Below are positions 61,058 through 64,000 of a DNA stretch of 64,000 nt, in pieces. The translations under genes were made by a program, and so were the position numbers. Source of the DNA: Thermoplasmata archaeon (lineage in GTDB: Archaea > Thermoplasmatota > Thermoplasmata > Lutacidiplasmatales > UBA184); NCBI GenBank assembly GCA_022750195.1, contig JAKIWE010000005.1, positions 99,531 through 163,530 of the forward strand, given 5' to 3'. Within the stretch, counting starts at the first letter, position 1. Each line of letters starts with the position of its first letter. Below the pieces are notes generated by a model. The model made no database searches. It was given only the letters and a program-made list of their open reading frames with translations, and was not told the DNA's origin.

Positions 61058-62379
61058 ACCGGGTCGCCGCTGCCGGGAGCCCCCGAGGTTCCGCAGGCCC
61101 CCCGCCGTGGGCCCGAGCCTGTCACCGCGCCCCTCTGTGCGGACCCGCTGTACGTCGCCTGATCCTGGTGCTCGTCTCTCTCGTGCTCCTGGCTGGAGGC
61201 TCTCCGACGATGGTCCGCGGGTCGACCTCCTTCGGTATCTCGCTCTCCGCCACCCCGTCGAACGGGCTCGCACCGCTCCCCGTCTCCTTCGCCATCACAG
61301 TCCTCTCCGGAACGCCTTCTTCGTTCAACTGGAGCTTCGGGGACGGGACCTACCTCAACGGGACGAACTCGAGCGATGGGTCCCCGACCCACGTCTACAC
61401 CGAGCCGGGGCGGTTCCTCGCGACCGTCGTCGTGCACGAGGAGAGCAACGTAGCGTCGCGTCAGATCGCGGTGAACGTCTCCGCGCCGAAATTGGCGGCG
61501 TCGATCGCCGCCAGCTCTACGAGCGGGACGTTGCCGTTGACGGTCCAATTCGACGCGACGGTCACCGGGGGTACCGGTACCTACCTCACGCTACGTTGGG
61601 ATTTCGGCGACGGGGGCGTCGGCGCCGGCCTCGCGATCAGCTACACGTACGAGCGGGCCGGCGCCTTCGTCGCCACCTTCACCGTGAACGATAGCGGTGG
61701 AGGCGGAGAGCGAAGTGTAGTATCGATCCGGGTGAGTCCGGTTCCCACGGATGCACCGACCCCCCGCTCGGGGCTACCGACCTCCGTCCTGGCGGGGTGG
61801 GTCGCTCTCAGCTTCGCGGTGGGGATCGTCGCCGCGTTCGCCGTGCAATGGGGACTGCGGCGCCGGTCGACCCGTCAGCGACTGGAGCTCGACCGCGCGG
61901 AGCGCACCCTTGAGGGGGAGCCGGTCCCGCCTCCGGCGGACGATGGCGCGAGGCCGGGGGCGATGACCCTCCTCGAACCCGGGCCCTCCGTCCTCCCTCG
62001 GACCCCGCCACCTTCCGACAGGCCCATCGGGACGGAGAGCGGTCGACCTTCGTCGCAGTTGGTCGTCCGACCGCCGGTCGAGGGCCTGCGGGTCTCCCAA
62101 CGGATCGTCCTCCATCTGGCGCGCCAGGGAGCCCTCCACGACGACGACGTGGCCACGGTAGGCTACACCCAAGCCGGGATGGCGAGCGCTCTCGGGGTTC
62201 GCCAGAACGCGCTGACGAACGTGCTCACCCGGCTCATGGCGGCTCAGATCTTACGCGTAGAGCTCCGCCATGTTTCCGGCCAGCCGCGGCGGCTGAAGGT
62301 CTACACCCTCACGAGCCGGGGCGAGGCGTTGGCCCGCGACCTACGCACCGAGGTAGGTCCCGACCCTGGGGCCCACTGA
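61054..62379 (+). CDS. PKD x2 - TM - cytoplasmic winged-helix (MarR/TrmB-like) fusion protein
   Basis: This is the 3' part of track ORF 60664..62379. Start candidates are TTG 61054 (TTGA overlap with the upstream stop), GTG 61168 and the ATG near 61210. There are two PKD repeats, a TM helix at about 61783-61845 and a wHTH-like segment at 62086-62343. Confidence 0.7.
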   Translation: MNRVAAAGSPRGSAGPPPWARACHRAPLCGPAVRRLILVLVSLVLLAGGSPTMVRGSTSFGISLSATPSNGLAPLPVSFAITVLSGTPSSFNWSFGDGTYLNGTNSSDGSPTHVYTEPGRFLATVVVHEESNVASRQIAVNVSAPKLAASIAASSTSGTLPLTVQFDATVTGGTGTYLTLRWDFGDGGVGAGLAISYTYERAGAFVATFTVNDSGGGGERSVVSIRVSPVPTDAPTPRSGLPTSVLAGWVALSFAVGIVAAFAVQWGLRRRSTRQRLELDRAERTLEGEPVPPPADDGARPGAMTLLEPGPSVLPRTPPPSDRPIGTESGRPSSQLVVRPPVEGLRVSQRIVLHLARQGALHDDDVATVGYTQAGMASALGVRQNALTNVLTRLMAAQILRVELRHVSGQPRRLKVYTLTSRGEALARDLRTEVGPDPGAH

Positions 62380-62441
62380 CGCGGGGTCCCCTAACGCGAC
62401 GGCGCGAACGACCGAACCGTTCGAACCGTCGCGCCTCGTTT

Positions 62442-63200
62442 TCACGACCGCGTGGGCACCGGCGTCAGGGGCATCGCCGAACGGCTGCCGGCGAAGACGA
62501 ACGCCGGGGCGAACAGCGTGAAGAACGGCGTGACGAACAGGAGGTACTGAACATCGGGAATCGGCGTGAGCAGGGCGATGAACGGTCCAACGAGGGCCAG
62601 CAGGAGCAGGGCGTAGAGCGCAGCGCCCGCGTAGAACGAGCTGTGGTGATAGCGCCCCCCCGTCCGTGAAAGCCCGAGGACCAGTCCGACGCCCCCGAGC
62701 CAGCCAAGCCAGAACCCCGCCAGACCGGTGTAGGCCCCGAGGGGCTGGCCGGAACGGAGACAGGTGAGCAGGTGGGTCGGCCGGCCTTGGACGCAGCTCA
62801 CGAGGGAGTTCCCCGACCCGAAGAGGAGTCCCGCGGCGACGATCAGCAGCAGGAAGCCCAGGGAGCCCAGGATGCACAGCGCAGCCGCAGTCGAGAAACG
62901 GGAATCGACCTTCCGCAGCGCCCCGAAGCCGAGTCGGTACGAGAGCAGCGAGAACAGGAACAGCACCGCGCCGGCGAAGACAAGGAAGGCGATCGCCTGC
63001 ACCATCAGCGTCCCGTAGGTGAAGAATCCGCCCGGATTGTACTCCGCGAGGAGGAGGAAGGAGATCGGGAGCACCAGCGCCAGGAGCCCCCCCGCGATCC
63101 CGAGCCCGGCCCCGACGGCGATTCGGTGGAGCCCTTTGCGTTCCTTCTGGCTTTCCATCACCGCGGCGGCGGCCGCCGCGGAGGGGTCCTCCTCTACCAT
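62442..63200 (-). CDS. polytopic membrane protein (hypothetical)
   Basis: The protein has about 7 hydrophobic helices. An alternative start is ATG 63158. Confidence 0.5.
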   Translation of the reverse strand: MVEEDPSAAAAAAVMESQKERKGLHRIAVGAGLGIAGGLLALVLPISFLLLAEYNPGGFFTYGTLMVQAIAFLVFAGAVLFLFSLLSYRLGFGALRKVDSRFSTAAALCILGSLGFLLLIVAAGLLFGSGNSLVSCVQGRPTHLLTCLRSGQPLGAYTGLAGFWLGWLGGVGLVLGLSRTGGRYHHSSFYAGAALYALLLLALVGPFIALLTPIPDVQYLLFVTPFFTLFAPAFVFAGSRSAMPLTPVPTRS

Positions 63201-63382
63201 CGTCGTCCGGCCTGCCGCGCCCGTGGCCGGTACCCGAGGTGCCCTGTTGATGGAATGGTCTCGGCGGGCATGGCCCTCCGACCACGAACAGTTTCCTCAT
63301 GGGTCAAAATCCTTCCCGTTCATGTGCTGGGACGCTGGGCGGGGCGAACCGTGAAGGCGGCCACCGCCGTGGACGGGCCGGA

Positions 63383-63973
63383 ATGAGGGCCGGCACCTTC
63401 GCCCGGACCCGGTTACCACTGGCGAGCGCCCGCCTCCTGCTTCGGTCCCCTTCTCTGCGCGATGTCCCCGCCCTGGTGGACGAACTCCAGGACCCGGGAA
63501 TCGCCCGGAACCTCGCCCACATGCCGTACCCGTACCGCCCTCGGGACGGCCGCGAGTGGGTCCGCCGGGCGCAGGGGGCGGCACGAAGGGGCGACCGGCT
63601 CTCGCTGTTGATCGTCCGCTCCCGCGACGCGCGGGTGCTGGGCGGGGTGTCTGTGTGGCCGGAAGGTCACGACCCCTCTACGCTCCTCCTCGGCTACTGG
63701 CTGGGACGGGGGCATCGGGGGGAAGGGTACGCCACGGAGGCCGTGCGCACGATCCTTCGCGCCGCGTTCCGTCGACCGGCCACGCACCGGGTGGTCGCCT
63801 ACGCCTTCTCGCCCAATCGGCGTTCCCAAGCGTTGCTGCGCCGCGTGGGATTCCGGCGGGAGGGCCTAGCGCGCGAAGCGTTCTACAAGGACCACCGGTG
63901 GCTCGACGACGTCCAGTTCGCCCTCCTCCGACGCGAGTGGGAGCAGTTCGCCCGGGACCGGAGGGGCTCGTGA
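63383..63973 (+). CDS. GNAT N-acetyltransferase (RimJ/RimL-like)
   Basis: RLLLRSPSLRDVPALVDEL and GYWLGRGHRGEGYATEAV are present. I chose ATG 63383 within track ORF 63299..63973. Confidence 0.8.
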   Translation: MRAGTFARTRLPLASARLLLRSPSLRDVPALVDELQDPGIARNLAHMPYPYRPRDGREWVRRAQGAARRGDRLSLLIVRSRDARVLGGVSVWPEGHDPSTLLLGYWLGRGHRGEGYATEAVRTILRAAFRRPATHRVVAYAFSPNRRSQALLRRVGFRREGLAREAFYKDHRWLDDVQFALLRREWEQFARDRRGS

Positions 63974-64000
63974 CGGCCGCGCCCTCCTCCCCCCTTCAGC

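Noticed and set aside
1-64000. CRISPR arrays, rRNA genes, transposases, integrases and toxin-antitoxin pairs.
   Set aside because: Reading all intergenic gaps showed no regularly spaced direct repeats, and the largest gaps are 326 and 290 nt. No ORF has transposase, integrase or Cas-like motifs that I recognise. A computational repeat search would be needed to exclude short arrays inside ORFs.

Overview
The window is a densely packed, high-GC (about 68-72% in sampled lines) archaeal chromosomal segment. I call about 60 protein genes and 2 tRNAs. I found no rRNA, CRISPR array, integrase or transposase. The archaeal origin is supported by archaeal-type ProRS and AspRS, transcription factor S, RNA polymerase subunit L, Alba, archaeosine synthase ArcS, Trm5, a Hef-type helicase, a DUF373 membrane protein and a TrmB regulator. 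The lineage cannot be fixed without a database search; a Thermoplasmatota-like euryarchaeon is only a guess. Most of the window is housekeeping: aaRS, purD, gdhA, thiL, dut, a UbiD/UbiA/UbiE quinone-type module and transporters. Many genes have an A/T-rich box about 25-35 nt upstream of the start codon, and adjacent genes often have overlapping start and stop codons. The regions most worth a second look are: (i) a lower-GC islet directly after tRNA-Val encoding an arrestin/Spo0M-like protein and a membrane-anchored collagen-like (19 x Gly-X-Y) protein; (ii) a PKD-repeat surface protein followed by a paralogue that fuses PKD domains, a TM helix and a cytoplasmic winged-helix domain; (iii) a translationally coupled pair made of an NTPase-less WH-TPR protein and a STAND P-loop-WH-TPR protein; (iv) the arcS gene, whose stop codon lies inside tRNA-Val. 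All functional calls come from motifs I recognise by eye in the supplied translations. No searches or statistics were run. Start codons are less certain than stops. The long Arg/Pro/Gly/Ala-rich ORFs antisense to recognisable genes were treated as high-GC artefacts.
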